The notes: generated by a model from the sequence alone, not told the origin. Counted from the first letter of the stretch, positions 1-10,485 are shown. The stretch: 64,000 bases of DNA from Actinomycetota bacterium (GCA_051744345.1 JBNJCW010000002.1:1176-65175), one strand, 5' to 3'. A program made the numbers and translations.

Positions 1-68
1 GCAGAGATATTATATTAATAGCATTAAGTATGGTTTATTGGGGATAAAAGGTAGGGTTTTTTAACTGG

Positions 69-725
69 TCATTCGACCAGCTTATTCTTTAAGGCAATAG
101 AAACAGCTTCGCCCCTGCTTGAAGCCCCGAGCTTGTTTAAAATATTACTGACATGGAATTTGACAGTAGAAACACTTAATACCAGTTTCCGGGCAATCTT
201 TTTATTAGATAAGCCTTCTGCCAGGCAGGCCAATATATTCCTTTCCTGTTTGGTCAGCTGGTATTGTGTAACCTGGGGTTTTTTAAGGTTTGAAATTAGA
301 AATTCACTTGCCTCCGAAGACAGTGTTGATTTGCCCCTACTGGCATTTCTAATGGTTTCTACCAGTTCATCTCCTGAAATGTTCTTCAGGAGATATCCTA
401 TGGCTCCGGCCTTAAGTGAATCTTCTATAAGTTTTTTCTCTTTAAAACTGGTCAGGGCAACAATCTTAATATGTGACCAATTCCCCAGTATTTTTTTTAT
501 TGCTTCTATGCCATTGACTTCCGGCATAATTAAATCCATAAGAACTATATCAGGCTCGAATCTCTCGCACATTTCGAATGCCTCTCTTCCGTTTTCTGCC
601 TCGCCAACGACCTCTATGTCATCATAAACTTTAAGCAGGGCCCTTATACCCTGCCTTACCAGTAAATGATCATCTACTATCAATACTTTCATCATCTTCC
701 AAAATTTTTTTAATTTAGTTGTCAC
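69..725 (-). CDS. Two-component response regulator, NarL/LuxR (FixJ) family
   Basis: N-terminal receiver (MKVLIVDDH...D...K) and C-terminal LuxR-type HTH (ERNILACLAEGLSNKKIARKLVLSVSTVKFHVSNIL). Confidence 0.85.
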   Translation of the reverse strand: MTTKLKKFWKMMKVLIVDDHLLVRQGIRALLKVYDDIEVVGEAENGREAFEMCERFEPDIVLMDLIMPEVNGIEAIKKILGNWSHIKIVALTSFKEKKLIEDSLKAGAIGYLLKNISGDELVETIRNASRGKSTLSSEASEFLISNLKKPQVTQYQLTKQERNILACLAEGLSNKKIARKLVLSVSTVKFHVSNILNKLGASSRGEAVSIALKNKLVE

Positions 726-929
726 TCTGTTCTTGGTTTATATTACGATTATATAACAACTTCAGGTTAAATTAAATAATACGAACTGCATATAATATAT
801 TTCAACTGCCTAAAGGTACAGGTTATTACAGGGAAAAAGACCGGAGTATTATTTACGCCTCTGGTCTATAATAAAGGAAATGATTATAAGTTTATCAAAA
901 GATAGCCCTGCGTTATATTAAGGAAGCTT

Positions 930-1742
930 ATGGAATATATAATTGAGGATAGAATATTCATACTCAATGAAAAAGAATATAAGCCAAGATTGGAGGACGA
1001 TATATATTGTCTTGAGTCCATAGACTGCCAGGATACTTTTAACTGGATCTTGATATTGGATAAAATGCGCGATGCCTTTGCATATTTCAAATATCAAGTT
1101 GATGCCAAAAACAAACCCAAAGACTATATCCTTTTAGATGCCAACCATAAATATGAAAAGATAACCCGTTATGAGAAAAAGGAAGTAGTTGGTAAAAAAA
1201 TTACAGAAATCGAATGTGATAAAAAAAACTGTGCGCATGAATTAATAAACAAGTTTTACAGGACAGCAGTAAAAGGAACAGAACAGAATTTTCTCCTGTC
1301 TTCAAAACTAACAGGAAGGAATTACACCGCTTTTGTCTACAGTCCCTCAAAAAACTTTTTTGTAATAATATTTAAAGAAGTGCCTGAAAAAAATGAAAGG
1401 AAGAACTACTTAAACGGCTATAGGATAGTTATAGATTATTTAAACAGGGTCTGCAGGTCCCGGGCAGTGATTACCGAAACCAATAGTCCTTCTAAATACG
1501 GAAATACCCGGAATTTAAAGATGGTCTCTTCTGAAATTGCAGAATACCTTGGAATAATAGATAAAAATATCAGATTGGAGGAAAATACTGTTATTACAGG
1601 CCTGGATAGAATCAGCATTCCTCCAGATAAAAAATCAACAGTAGAAAAGCTTGAATCCGGAAAGGTTAACATACTGAGCAAATTTCAAAGCCCTTCTGAA
1701 AAAGCAAAAAAAGATGAAATCTATTTTATGATTAATAGATAA
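930..1742 (+). CDS. PAS-domain hypothetical protein
   Basis: 270-aa ORF. The motif DANHKYEKITRYEKKEVVGKKITEI resembles the PAS of the nearby kinase (LDVNHAYLGIMGLERSQVIGKKASEV). Confidence 0.4.
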   Translation: MEYIIEDRIFILNEKEYKPRLEDDIYCLESIDCQDTFNWILILDKMRDAFAYFKYQVDAKNKPKDYILLDANHKYEKITRYEKKEVVGKKITEIECDKKNCAHELINKFYRTAVKGTEQNFLLSSKLTGRNYTAFVYSPSKNFFVIIFKEVPEKNERKNYLNGYRIVIDYLNRVCRSRAVITETNSPSKYGNTRNLKMVSSEIAEYLGIIDKNIRLEENTVITGLDRISIPPDKKSTVEKLESGKVNILSKFQSPSEKAKKDEIYFMINR

Positions 1743-1889
1743 TACATTTCTTTAATCCGTATAATCCAGGCAGGCGGCATTATTGCTGAAATTCATTTTT
1801 TAGCTATAGGGAAATTTAAGTAAATACGTTTACATGAAGTTTAGGATAAGGCAGCCGCCTCGCAGCAGCTCATATGATCCTGTGATATT

Positions 1890-2408
1890 CTACCCTTTTA
1901 ATACGGCTAAACCCTCATCCCTGCCAAACTCTTTGCTCGGGCCGCCTATTTCCATATTCTTTTCATGGAGTTTCTGCCAAAACCTGTATTCCTGCCCATC
2001 GGAATATTCTATTCTACCTATTGCCCTGTCACTGTATGAATTAAAATAGTTTTTTTTGGCATAGACCCACTCAAGAAAAACTCTGAAAGGCCCGCTTACG
2101 CTGGCAGGTACTTTCAGGCTTTTCAGTGACTGCAGATATTGTTCATACTGTTTACCTAAAATTTCTGCATAATCCGGCCTGGCGTTTTCTCTTCTGTTAA
2201 ATTCGTCTACCAGAGGGGAGATCCTATTAAGGTATCTTTCCCAGACACTGAAAAAATCATTACAGAACCTATAGAAATCGCCTGCTGCCCTGGTATCGCC
2301 GCTTCCTTCCAGGCCCAGGCTCCATATAATATATGAAGCTTTTATCTGCAGCTTGAAATTTAACTCATTTGAAAGATAATTTATCTTCTCTTCTAAATTA
2401 ACCGTCAT
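1890..2408 (-). CDS. Hypothetical protein, paralog of the lipoprotein at 8749-9381
   Basis: Shares the block FY.F...FF.VW..Y.......L..FN.....PR with ORF 8749..9381. No signal peptide. Confidence 0.4.
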   Translation of the reverse strand: MTVNLEEKINYLSNELNFKLQIKASYIIWSLGLEGSGDTRAAGDFYRFCNDFFSVWERYLNRISPLVDEFNRRENARPDYAEILGKQYEQYLQSLKSLKVPASVSGPFRVFLEWVYAKKNYFNSYSDRAIGRIEYSDGQEYRFWQKLHEKNMEIGGPSKEFGRDEGLAVLKG

Positions 2409-2537
2409 CTCCAGCCCTCCCCGAATTTATAAAATAACACTTATAAATTATATATCCATGCCCGGGCCAATGGTAATGATATTAAGTATAGTATTTAAAG
2501 ATAAAAGGAAGAGTTTTTTAACTGGCCATAAGGCCAG

Positions 2538-4676
2538 CTATTTTGCTTTATTTTTCCTTGCCTTTTTATAAACAACTGTAATCCTGGTGCCCTCGCCGGG
2601 TGAACTGTCTATGTTAATCGATGCTCCTATAATCTTTGCCCGCTCTTGCATTATGTTCAATCCCAAACTTGTTGAGTCAATTTCTTCCCTCTTAAAACCC
2701 CGGCCGTCATCTTTAATATCCATGTATAATTCTCCGGGAATGGTTTTTAATATTATACTGGCATTGGCTGCTTTGGAATGTTTGATTATATTATTTATTG
2801 CTTCTTGGACAATACGGTAAAATCCAATTTCAATTTTAGGCAGAAACTTATCCTCCCCTTTTATAGTTAAGCTGATAGTGGTTTTCGATCTTGCCTCAAC
2901 CGACTTTACCAACCCCCTAAGCAGATTGCCCAGGTCCTCATCTTTAAGTGAAGCAGGCCTTAGCTCATAGAGTAAAATACGCATTTCCTCTAAGGCAATA
3001 TCATGTAAACGCTCAATTTCTCCAAGCCTTTTAGCCACAGACCCGGGATCCTTTTCCCATAATTTGGGAATAGTACCCGCAACCATGTTTGCCGAGAAAA
3101 GGGTTTGGGTTACTGTATCATGCAATTCTCTGGCCAGTTTATCCCGCTCACTGCTCAGGGCTTTTTCTTTTGCTATTTTCTTTTCCAGTTTCTCTGCTTT
3201 TTTCCTGGCAGTTACATCTGTCCCGTAGATATTGAAGTAGTTAAAATTTTTTACCGGGGTAACGGTTAACTCATAAAATGATTTAGCAATCTTTACCTCA
3301 ATCCTTTTGGGTTTATACCTGTTTTCCTTTACAGGACTTTTACTCAAACCCATTAAAGATTCCAGCAGCTTTTCCCTTCCTCTATTACCCAGCTGCCGCA
3401 GCATGTTTTTTGCCGGTTTATTTGTGTAAATTACCTTATTTTTATCATTAATTCTCATCACCGGATTGGGGTTTTCTAATGGAAACCTTGAAAGGCTCTT
3501 AATTTCTTTTTCAATTTTTTTCCTTTTGGTTATATCAGAAAATATGGTTGCAAATTTTCCCCTTGAGGGAGAAAAAACAGACACTGAAAAATATTTTTTC
3601 ATAGGAGGAAAATAGGCTTCAAACTTGGCGGGCTTCCCTGTTTTTAGGACCTTTTCATAAACACCCAGGTAAGGAGCTATATCCGTCCTGTAAACTTCGG
3701 AAGCCTTTTTCCCAATAACCTGGCTCCTTTCAAGTCCCATAATGCCTAGATAGGCATGGTTAACATCAAGAATCCTGTAATCTACCGGCTTCTTTGACTT
3801 ATCGTATATCATTTCCTGCAAACAGACTGCTTCATTCATGGAAAAATAGAGCGAACGGAATTTTTCTTCGCTTTCTTTTATTTCCTTTTCCCTCTGTCTT
3901 AATTTAAAAAACAGTAAATCCATGGGCTGGGAAAAACCTGTTTCTACAATGGCTTTATAAATCAGGAAAAAAGATAAAAGCTTAAGAAAATGGCCCAGCT
4001 GGTTAAACAAACCATACACATCACTATACAGGGTAAAAAACATCTCCGATAAGATAGTTATAAACAGTGAAACAACAATCAGCCTGAAAACCGTTCTGTT
4101 GAATTCCTTGCGGTACATATGGAGGAATAATATTGCCATTGCCAGCATAAAAGATATTATATATTCGCTGGCAATTTTAAATGTGGTAAGGCCATGTCCT
4201 TCTACAAAGCATACAGGGAATATTTCCCAGTAAAAAATCGATAACAGAATCAAAGCAGTGGCAGCCGAATAAAAGGTAACCTGCAGTTTGTAATTTAACC
4301 TTCTGGTTATAAACAGCAGGGCCAGAAGCATTGAGATGCTTTCCACATATCTTGCAGAAATCCAGAGCTGGGTTGCCAGGTTGGACTCAACATAGCCTGT
4401 AAACACCCCCATTCCCTCATAGGCCAGGGTATGCAGTAAATCCAGTACGGCTATAAAAAAGTAGGCTATGCCGGCAAACAAAAGGAAGTGGTTATCCAAA
4501 AACCTTTTTGAGTTCCAGGCAATGATAAATATTGCAAAGGCAATTACAATGCTGAACAATTCTGCAAAACTGTGGTACAGGACATAGCTGTACAGGCTTA
4601 TAAGGTATAGGCCCGCAAGTGATAACAGTCCCAGAATGATAGTTGCGTAATTTCTTTTAAAAAAAGGCCCTATCAA
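2538..4676 (-). CDS. Membrane sensor histidine kinase (multi-TM N-terminus, PAS domains, HisKA_3, HATPase_c)
   Basis: About 250 aa of hydrophobic helices and PAS-like repeats. NarL-type H-box ELHDTVTQTLFSANM. C-terminal GxGxG ATPase motifs (DDGRGF, GLNIMQERA). Confidence 0.85.
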   Translation of the reverse strand: MIGPFFKRNYATIILGLLSLAGLYLISLYSYVLYHSFAELFSIVIAFAIFIIAWNSKRFLDNHFLLFAGIAYFFIAVLDLLHTLAYEGMGVFTGYVESNLATQLWISARYVESISMLLALLFITRRLNYKLQVTFYSAATALILLSIFYWEIFPVCFVEGHGLTTFKIASEYIISFMLAMAILFLHMYRKEFNRTVFRLIVVSLFITILSEMFFTLYSDVYGLFNQLGHFLKLLSFFLIYKAIVETGFSQPMDLLFFKLRQREKEIKESEEKFRSLYFSMNEAVCLQEMIYDKSKKPVDYRILDVNHAYLGIMGLERSQVIGKKASEVYRTDIAPYLGVYEKVLKTGKPAKFEAYFPPMKKYFSVSVFSPSRGKFATIFSDITKRKKIEKEIKSLSRFPLENPNPVMRINDKNKVIYTNKPAKNMLRQLGNRGREKLLESLMGLSKSPVKENRYKPKRIEVKIAKSFYELTVTPVKNFNYFNIYGTDVTARKKAEKLEKKIAKEKALSSERDKLARELHDTVTQTLFSANMVAGTIPKLWEKDPGSVAKRLGEIERLHDIALEEMRILLYELRPASLKDEDLGNLLRGLVKSVEARSKTTISLTIKGEDKFLPKIEIGFYRIVQEAINNIIKHSKAANASIILKTIPGELYMDIKDDGRGFKREEIDSTSLGLNIMQERAKIIGASINIDSSPGEGTRITVVYKKARKNKAK

Positions 4677-4846
4677 AATAACAACCAGATTATTATTTTA
4701 AAAAACATCATACCCTAATTATAGATACTATATACATGTTCAGCTTATTTTCAATAATAATCCTCCCAGCATCAAAAAAGCAATACGGTAATGGCAAGAT
4801 AAAGGGACCCATTAGGCCCGGGCTATAATTTTATAACCGCCCCGCC

Positions 4847-5257
4847 CTATACAATTTCCCAGGAATAATTTATGGCCGCAGCCTCTTCCAGCATGGCTCC
4901 TACAGGGCAATAATTTTTCCGGGCCTTCTCTACAGCCCAGCCGGCATCATCTTCTTTTAAATTTTTTCCGGATAAAATGCATTTTACATCGATCCTGGTA
5001 AATACATAGGGATGCTCCTCTGCCTGCTGGCCTTCAATTTCTACTTCAAAGCCCTGTAAATCTATCCCCTTTTTCCCCAGAAGGGAAATCATATCCATTC
5101 CCAGGCAGCCGCCCAAAGAAATGAGCAAAAGTTCCATAGGGCGGGATGCTGCTTCCTGGCCCTGGACTTTTTTGGGAGCATCTAAGGCCACCCAGTGATT
5201 GGAATCACCTCTTCCCACCATCGACAAACCTTCAACCTGCTTCACCTTAATATGCAT
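4847..5257 (-). CDS. OsmC/Ohr family peroxiredoxin-like protein
   Basis: 136 aa with OsmC-like fold signatures and conserved Cys (LGGCLGMD ... KNYCPV). Confidence 0.75.
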   Translation of the reverse strand: MHIKVKQVEGLSMVGRGDSNHWVALDAPKKVQGQEAASRPMELLLISLGGCLGMDMISLLGKKGIDLQGFEVEIEGQQAEEHPYVFTRIDVKCILSGKNLKEDDAGWAVEKARKNYCPVGAMLEEAAAINYSWEIV

Positions 5258-5436
5258 AACAGACCTCCCCTATATTTTTTGCAAAAATTGTTTTATGCTT
5301 ATATTTTTGCTGAATTTAAGCCCTTGCATGCTATCCCTAAATTCTCTTTTCCATAAGGATATGATAAAAGGAACTTTCCTATTACCGCCTTCCGTTATTC
5401 TAGCCGCAATCCTTTTTTTTGGCCCGGAATTCAATT

Positions 5437-6126
5437 TTACTCATAACCCGGAAAATAATCCTTTATTATTTTGCCCGCACCCAATTCATTAAGGCTTTCT
5501 TCAACAGCTTTTACCATCCCTGTAGGACCGGATATATAGAACTTCCGCCTGTCCCCCTCCGGAACTTTTTCATCAATCAATTCCTTATTTATAAGCTGCG
5601 GCCCATAAATATAGTTTACCCTCAACCCCTTATTATTTTGCTCTAATCTTTCCCACAGTTCCCTAAAAACCACGCTGTCTTTGCTTTTACAGCTGTAGAG
5701 CATAATAATGTCTTTTATGTTATTCCTTTTTTCAAGGTCCAGCAGTATTGAACGGTAGGGAGTAATACCAATTCCCCCGGCGATAAATACCAGACCCTGT
5801 CCATCTGAATCTACAGTAAACTTCCCCCTTATATTATAGGCCTCTATCCTGTCTCCCGGCTCCAGCCCTAAAAGGGCCTTCTTAAAAGAACTCCCGCTCT
5901 TAAGGTCAAATTTGGAGGTAAGCATTATATTTTTCTCAAATGGTGCCGAGGAGATGGTAAAATGCCTTACAATGCCCCGTTGGTCCGGATTTTTATGGGG
6001 TATCTTGTAATAAATATACTGTCCTGCTTTCCATGATAAAGGATTTTCCGGCTTAAAAATAAATGAATAGATATTTTTTGCCTCTTTTGTTTTTTCAATC
6101 AATTCTACTTTCATAACCTTACCCAA
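5437..6126 (-). CDS. FAD/NAD(P)-binding oxidoreductase (ferredoxin-NADP reductase-like)
   Basis: RHFTISS (RxYS FAD-binding motif) and GGIGITP (NAD-binding glycine motif). Confidence 0.7.
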   Translation of the reverse strand: MGKVMKVELIEKTKEAKNIYSFIFKPENPLSWKAGQYIYYKIPHKNPDQRGIVRHFTISSAPFEKNIMLTSKFDLKSGSSFKKALLGLEPGDRIEAYNIRGKFTVDSDGQGLVFIAGGIGITPYRSILLDLEKRNNIKDIIMLYSCKSKDSVVFRELWERLEQNNKGLRVNYIYGPQLINKELIDEKVPEGDRRKFYISGPTGMVKAVEESLNELGAGKIIKDYFPGYE

Positions 6127-6522
6127 ATCCTTTAATTGAGGATACCGGCTAACATATTTTTTCCGGCATCCATTTTTATTAAACTGGCCGCAGGCCTTTG
6201 GCCTATTTTTTTCCTGCCAAATGCCTTCATTTAACCCGGTATCCGTTATTGTTTATATTCCCCAGGCCCGTGCAGTATTTAAACCTAAATATTTTTAACA
6301 GGGATATCCGCCAGGTTTAATAAAGGTTATAAGGCAATAAACCCGCATACCCACAGCTTTTATCCCGGGCAGCTTAACCGGCAAAACTGGTTAATATTAT
6401 ATTTGCATATAAATATCCGGAATTCAAAGAGCTGAGAATTAGCTGCTAAATACTGTCTGCCGAAAAGTCACAGTGCCGGACAGGCATAAGCCAGGGGATT
6501 ACCCAAACCGCAGAACTGAAAT

Positions 6523-7662
6523 TTACACAGGGTACCGGGCAATAAATGTAGTGCCGTGCTCAGGGGAACTGTCAAAATCAATGCGGCCGTTAAGGTAACG
6601 TTCACTCAAAAGTTTCATGCTGTAAGTACCCAGACCCCGGCCGGGCCCTTTGGTTGAGAATGAGCGCTGAAAAAGCTGAAGCTGAAGCTCTTTGGGAATA
6701 TATCCTTTATTATGGACACGGAATTCAGCATAACCCTCCTTAACCCCGCACGAAACCCTTATAGCCTCGTCAGGTTTACTCGCTTCTACAGCATTAAGGA
6801 CCATATTTTCCAGGACCCGGCGCAGAAGCTCTCTATCGGCACTCAATATAATGTCTGTCCCCGGCCTGTTTACAATTATTTTGCGCCCACGGAAACGGTT
6901 CCTGAGTGCTTGAGCCAAATCCTTGACGAGCAAATATCCATCGACAGCCTGCATCTTGGGTACAAGCTCATTGTTTTCTGCCGCCAGCAGTTCCTTTTGA
7001 GAGCGTATTTCATCCATTAATTGATTTAATCCAATAAGTAGTTTTTGCCAGTGGCTATTATTCCTGATACCTTCCGGACTTGAATCAAGCATATTTGCAA
7101 ATAGGTTTATGCCGGCAGCGGTATTCATTAAGTCATGGAAAAAAATATGTTCAAGCGCCTGCCTGCGTTTTTCATGGCTTATGTCAGTAATAGCAATAAT
7201 GCTGAATAGCCGGCCTTTAATTTTAAGAGGGGTCGTTCGGATTAAGAGGTCCAGTGCTTCGGTACTGTCCTTTTTCAGCACCCTGCATTCCTGTAGGCCA
7301 GCTTTATTGTTAAGTGCTGAAAGTATCGCATTAACCGCACCGCATTGCGAGCAATATTCGCTGGTGCCGCAGCCCCCGGGATTTTCACAGGCATAGACGC
7401 ATCCCAGTGCTTCGCCAGGCCGCAAACCATATATGCTGTCATGATCCTTAAACCCCAGCAGCAGAGGAGCAGCTGAATTGAAGAATATGATTTGCCTATT
7501 ATCATTTACTATAAAAATCATCTCTGAAACAGCATTATAGAGCTGGCCGAGGGAACCATTATATTCTGCCAGGAGTTTCTTCTGGTATTCAATTGTCATC
7601 CTGTCGCTTCGGTGAGCTGGTGCATACTGACTGGCAAAATTTTCAGACTTCAATAAGGCCAC
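6523..7662 (-). CDS. Cytoplasmic sensor histidine kinase with Cys-rich PAS-like sensor
   Basis: H-box HDLMNTAAGINLFANML and HATPase (GRGLGTYSMKLL). Sensor region has the Cys cluster CVYACENPGGCGTSEYCSQC. Confidence 0.75.
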   Translation of the reverse strand: MALLKSENFASQYAPAHRSDRMTIEYQKKLLAEYNGSLGQLYNAVSEMIFIVNDNRQIIFFNSAAPLLLGFKDHDSIYGLRPGEALGCVYACENPGGCGTSEYCSQCGAVNAILSALNNKAGLQECRVLKKDSTEALDLLIRTTPLKIKGRLFSIIAITDISHEKRRQALEHIFFHDLMNTAAGINLFANMLDSSPEGIRNNSHWQKLLIGLNQLMDEIRSQKELLAAENNELVPKMQAVDGYLLVKDLAQALRNRFRGRKIIVNRPGTDIILSADRELLRRVLENMVLNAVEASKPDEAIRVSCGVKEGYAEFRVHNKGYIPKELQLQLFQRSFSTKGPGRGLGTYSMKLLSERYLNGRIDFDSSPEHGTTFIARYPV

Positions 7663-7874
7663 CCCGCTTTAAAATATGCTACAGGTAACTATAGTATTAG
7701 TTTATATATCCCGTATTTTAAGTCAAGAAATTTAATATCCCTGTCCTTATGACCAGTTAAAACCCGTACTTTTTGAATCTGCAAACTATACATACTGCCG
7801 TTATACTCTTATCTGTTACCCCTTATAATCACCATATAAACATTTTAATTTATAAACATAAAGGATGATATCAA

Positions 7875-8273
7875 ATGGCTGAAATAAGTGAAATGATGCA
7901 GGTTGCAGATTTTAAAAAGGAAAAACATGTTCCCGTAATAGAAGTCCCGGGCTCGGTAAAAAAGGGAGAACAAGTAGAGGTGGCCATAAGCATAGGGAAG
8001 GAAATATCACACCCAAACACTACCCAGCACCATATAAGGTGGATATCCCTTTTCTTTTTACCGGATGGCGATAAGTACCCTATTCAGATTGGAGACCTGA
8101 CATTTGATGCCCATGGCAGCTCTGCCCAGGGTGCTGATACCAGTCATGTATATACAGATCACAGGGGTGTTCTTGTATTTAAAACTGAAAAACCGGGAAC
8201 CCTGCTGGCCTCCTCATACTGTAATATCCACGGCTTGTGGCAGAGCTCTGCCAGGCTGGATATCTCCGAATAA
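7875..8273 (+). CDS. sor: Superoxide reductase (neelaredoxin / desulfoferrodoxin centre II type)
   Basis: Conserved EKHVPVIE motif plus His ligands and C-terminal CNIHGLW. Length of 132 aa is typical for this family. Confidence 0.75.
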   Translation: MAEISEMMQVADFKKEKHVPVIEVPGSVKKGEQVEVAISIGKEISHPNTTQHHIRWISLFFLPDGDKYPIQIGDLTFDAHGSSAQGADTSHVYTDHRGVLVFKTEKPGTLLASSYCNIHGLWQSSARLDISE

Positions 8274-8363
8274 CTTATAAGGGTTATGGAGGAACACATA
8301 ACGGTCAAGTTAATTAATATGTTTTTATAAAAATATTGCAATGGAATTAAAAGAGGCAAGAAA

Positions 8364-8756
8364 ATGAAAATATTTAAACTAAACCTTTTAATAGTGCTGT
8401 CAGCATTATTTATCCTCATGCTGGCTTCTTGCCAAACCGATATATCCCCTGCTGAAACAGAAGCAGAACAGGAACCCGTTATTGCAGAAACTGGTGAAGC
8501 GCAGATAGAGATGAGAAATACAATGTTTAATCCAGATACATTAACCATTGAGCAGGGAACTACGGTTACCTGGACAAATGAAGACAACCTTATACATACA
8601 GTCACCAGCGGCACAAGGGACAATGAGACCGGCATTTTTGATAGTGGAGATATTACTAGAGGCGAAACTTTCAGTTACACTTTCAATGAAATAGGGACAT
8701 TTGAATACTTCTGCCGGCCGCATATAGGAATGAAAGGCACTATAGAGGTTGAGTAA
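8364..8756 (+). CDS. Cupredoxin (plastocyanin/amicyanin-like type-1 copper protein), lipoprotein
   Basis: Lipobox LASCQ. Type-1 Cu ligand pattern H...C(RPH)..M in FEYFCRPHIGMKG. Confidence 0.65.
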   Translation: MKIFKLNLLIVLSALFILMLASCQTDISPAETEAEQEPVIAETGEAQIEMRNTMFNPDTLTIEQGTTVTWTNEDNLIHTVTSGTRDNETGIFDSGDITRGETFSYTFNEIGTFEYFCRPHIGMKGTIEVE

Positions 8757-9381
8757 ACTGTTAACTGTAAGTATTAATTTTAGGAATATGATAAGAAAAT
8801 TAATTGTAACCTTAGTTCTTATTGGAATCTTTGTTTTATCGGCAGGCTGTGCACAAAATAATGGTGATTCTCCCAAATATTTGAGCCAGGCCGATCTTTT
8901 AATATACAGCTTAGATGAAAATGATGAAATGGATCAGTCCAGGCAATTTGAAACTCAGCTGAAGGAATTTTATGAATTCAGCCAGGAGTTCTTTACCGTA
9001 TGGACACAGTATATTGAAGAATCAGAATTTCTTTTGGAAAAATTCAATAATGAGAATACACCACGGGATGAGAAACTCGCCTATTCCCAAGATCTGCGTA
9101 AAAAATACGAAAAATTCAGCCATGACCTGATGCAAATTACACCACCCCCCGAGGCATCTAAAGCATACCAGTATGCTTTAGATGCTATAGCTAAAAGGAT
9201 AATGTTTCTTGAAAAGTTCGAACAGGTAACAGACACAAATACATTGGCCGAGATTGAAAATGAAGCTTATTTTACCGAATCACTGTTCTGGGAAGAAATA
9301 GATAAAATCTATGACTACTTTGACCAGATGGCAGAACAGCTGGGAATAGCAAATGATTATAAGGGTTTGGATTGGATATAA
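8749..9381 (+). CDS. Hypothetical lipoprotein, paralog of 1890-2408
   Basis: Signal peptide plus lipobox (LSAGC). Shares a conserved central block with ORF 1890..2408. Confidence 0.45.
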   Translation: MSKLLTVSINFRNMIRKLIVTLVLIGIFVLSAGCAQNNGDSPKYLSQADLLIYSLDENDEMDQSRQFETQLKEFYEFSQEFFTVWTQYIEESEFLLEKFNNENTPRDEKLAYSQDLRKKYEKFSHDLMQITPPPEASKAYQYALDAIAKRIMFLEKFEQVTDTNTLAEIENEAYFTESLFWEEIDKIYDYFDQMAEQLGIANDYKGLDWI

Positions 9382-9435
9382 AATACCCTTATTGCAGAAA
9401 AAAATTTTTGGAAATAAAAACAGAGAGGTATCCAT

Positions 9436-9876
9436 ATGTTAGAGGAGAAAACCAAAGCTCCCGGCTTTAATTTAGTCGACCAGGATAATAATTCTCATAA
9501 GCTGCTTGATTATAAAGGAAAGTGGGTATTAATCTATTTTTATCCAAAAGATAACAGCCCTGGCTGTACTACTGAAGCAAAGAACTTTAAGGATAATATC
9601 AATAAATTTAAGGCAATCAATACAGAAGTTATAGGAATAAGCCCGGACTCACCGGAAAGCCATAAAGAGTTTTCAGATAAATATGGTATCCCTATAACCC
9701 TGCTCTCAGACCCGAAAAAAGAGGTAATAAGGAAATATCATGCCAAAGGATTGGTTACCAAGAGAATTTCCTACCTCATTAATCCCGAGGGAATAATAAA
9801 GAAGGCTTATCCTTCAGTAAACCCCGCAAAACATGCAGAAGAAATTTTAAATGATCTGGAGGCATTAAGGGATTAG
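9436..9876 (+). CDS. bcp: Peroxiredoxin Bcp (thiol peroxidase)
   Basis: YFYPKDNSPGCTTEA peroxidatic-Cys motif. Size 146 aa. Confidence 0.85.
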   Translation: MLEEKTKAPGFNLVDQDNNSHKLLDYKGKWVLIYFYPKDNSPGCTTEAKNFKDNINKFKAINTEVIGISPDSPESHKEFSDKYGIPITLLSDPKKEVIRKYHAKGLVTKRISYLINPEGIIKKAYPSVNPAKHAEEILNDLEALRD

Positions 9877-9936
9877 TTAAATTAATATAGCTGGATTTTA
9901 TTAACCGATAAATAGAAACATCGTTAGGAGGAAGAA

Positions 9937-10485
9937 ATGAGAAAATATAGTATTTTACTTAGCTTTACTGCTTTGCTCGTTATACTTACGCTGGCAGGAT
10001 GCACGACACCTCAGGCAGAGCCGGCTGAAACAGCAGGCCAGCCTGGCTCAGAAACAGACATATCTGATCTTGATACCCTTCCTGTAGGCCAGGAAATAAC
10101 CACAGGTGATATAGTATGGGAAATAAGGGAAGTGGAAGACCTGGGAAATCAGCTCACTTATGAAGGTATCACGGGATCTCTTGAGGCTGAGGAAGGCAAG
10201 TTTATAGCAATTACTTTTTATATACATAATACTGGTGATGATGGTAAAGTAATATTTGACCTTACAGCAATAGATGATAAGGGAAGAAGCTATTCCATAT
10301 GCCTGGCTGCCTTCGCATACTTCAGCCCGGAAGAGGCTTGTGTTCTCCAGGAAATTATACCAGGAGTAGAAAACACTTACTCTGCAACATTCGATGTGGC
10401 AACAGATGTTAACCGTCTTGTTTTACAGGTAACGGACCTGGAGATACCACCCCAGGAAGTTGCCTATATAGACCTGGACATATAA
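9937..10485 (+). CDS. Hypothetical lipoprotein (DUF4352-like)
   Basis: Signal peptide with lipobox LAGC. Acidic, beta-rich 182-aa protein. Confidence 0.4.
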   Translation: MRKYSILLSFTALLVILTLAGCTTPQAEPAETAGQPGSETDISDLDTLPVGQEITTGDIVWEIREVEDLGNQLTYEGITGSLEAEEGKFIAITFYIHNTGDDGKVIFDLTAIDDKGRSYSICLAAFAYFSPEEACVLQEIIPGVENTYSATFDVATDVNRLVLQVTDLEIPPQEVAYIDLDI

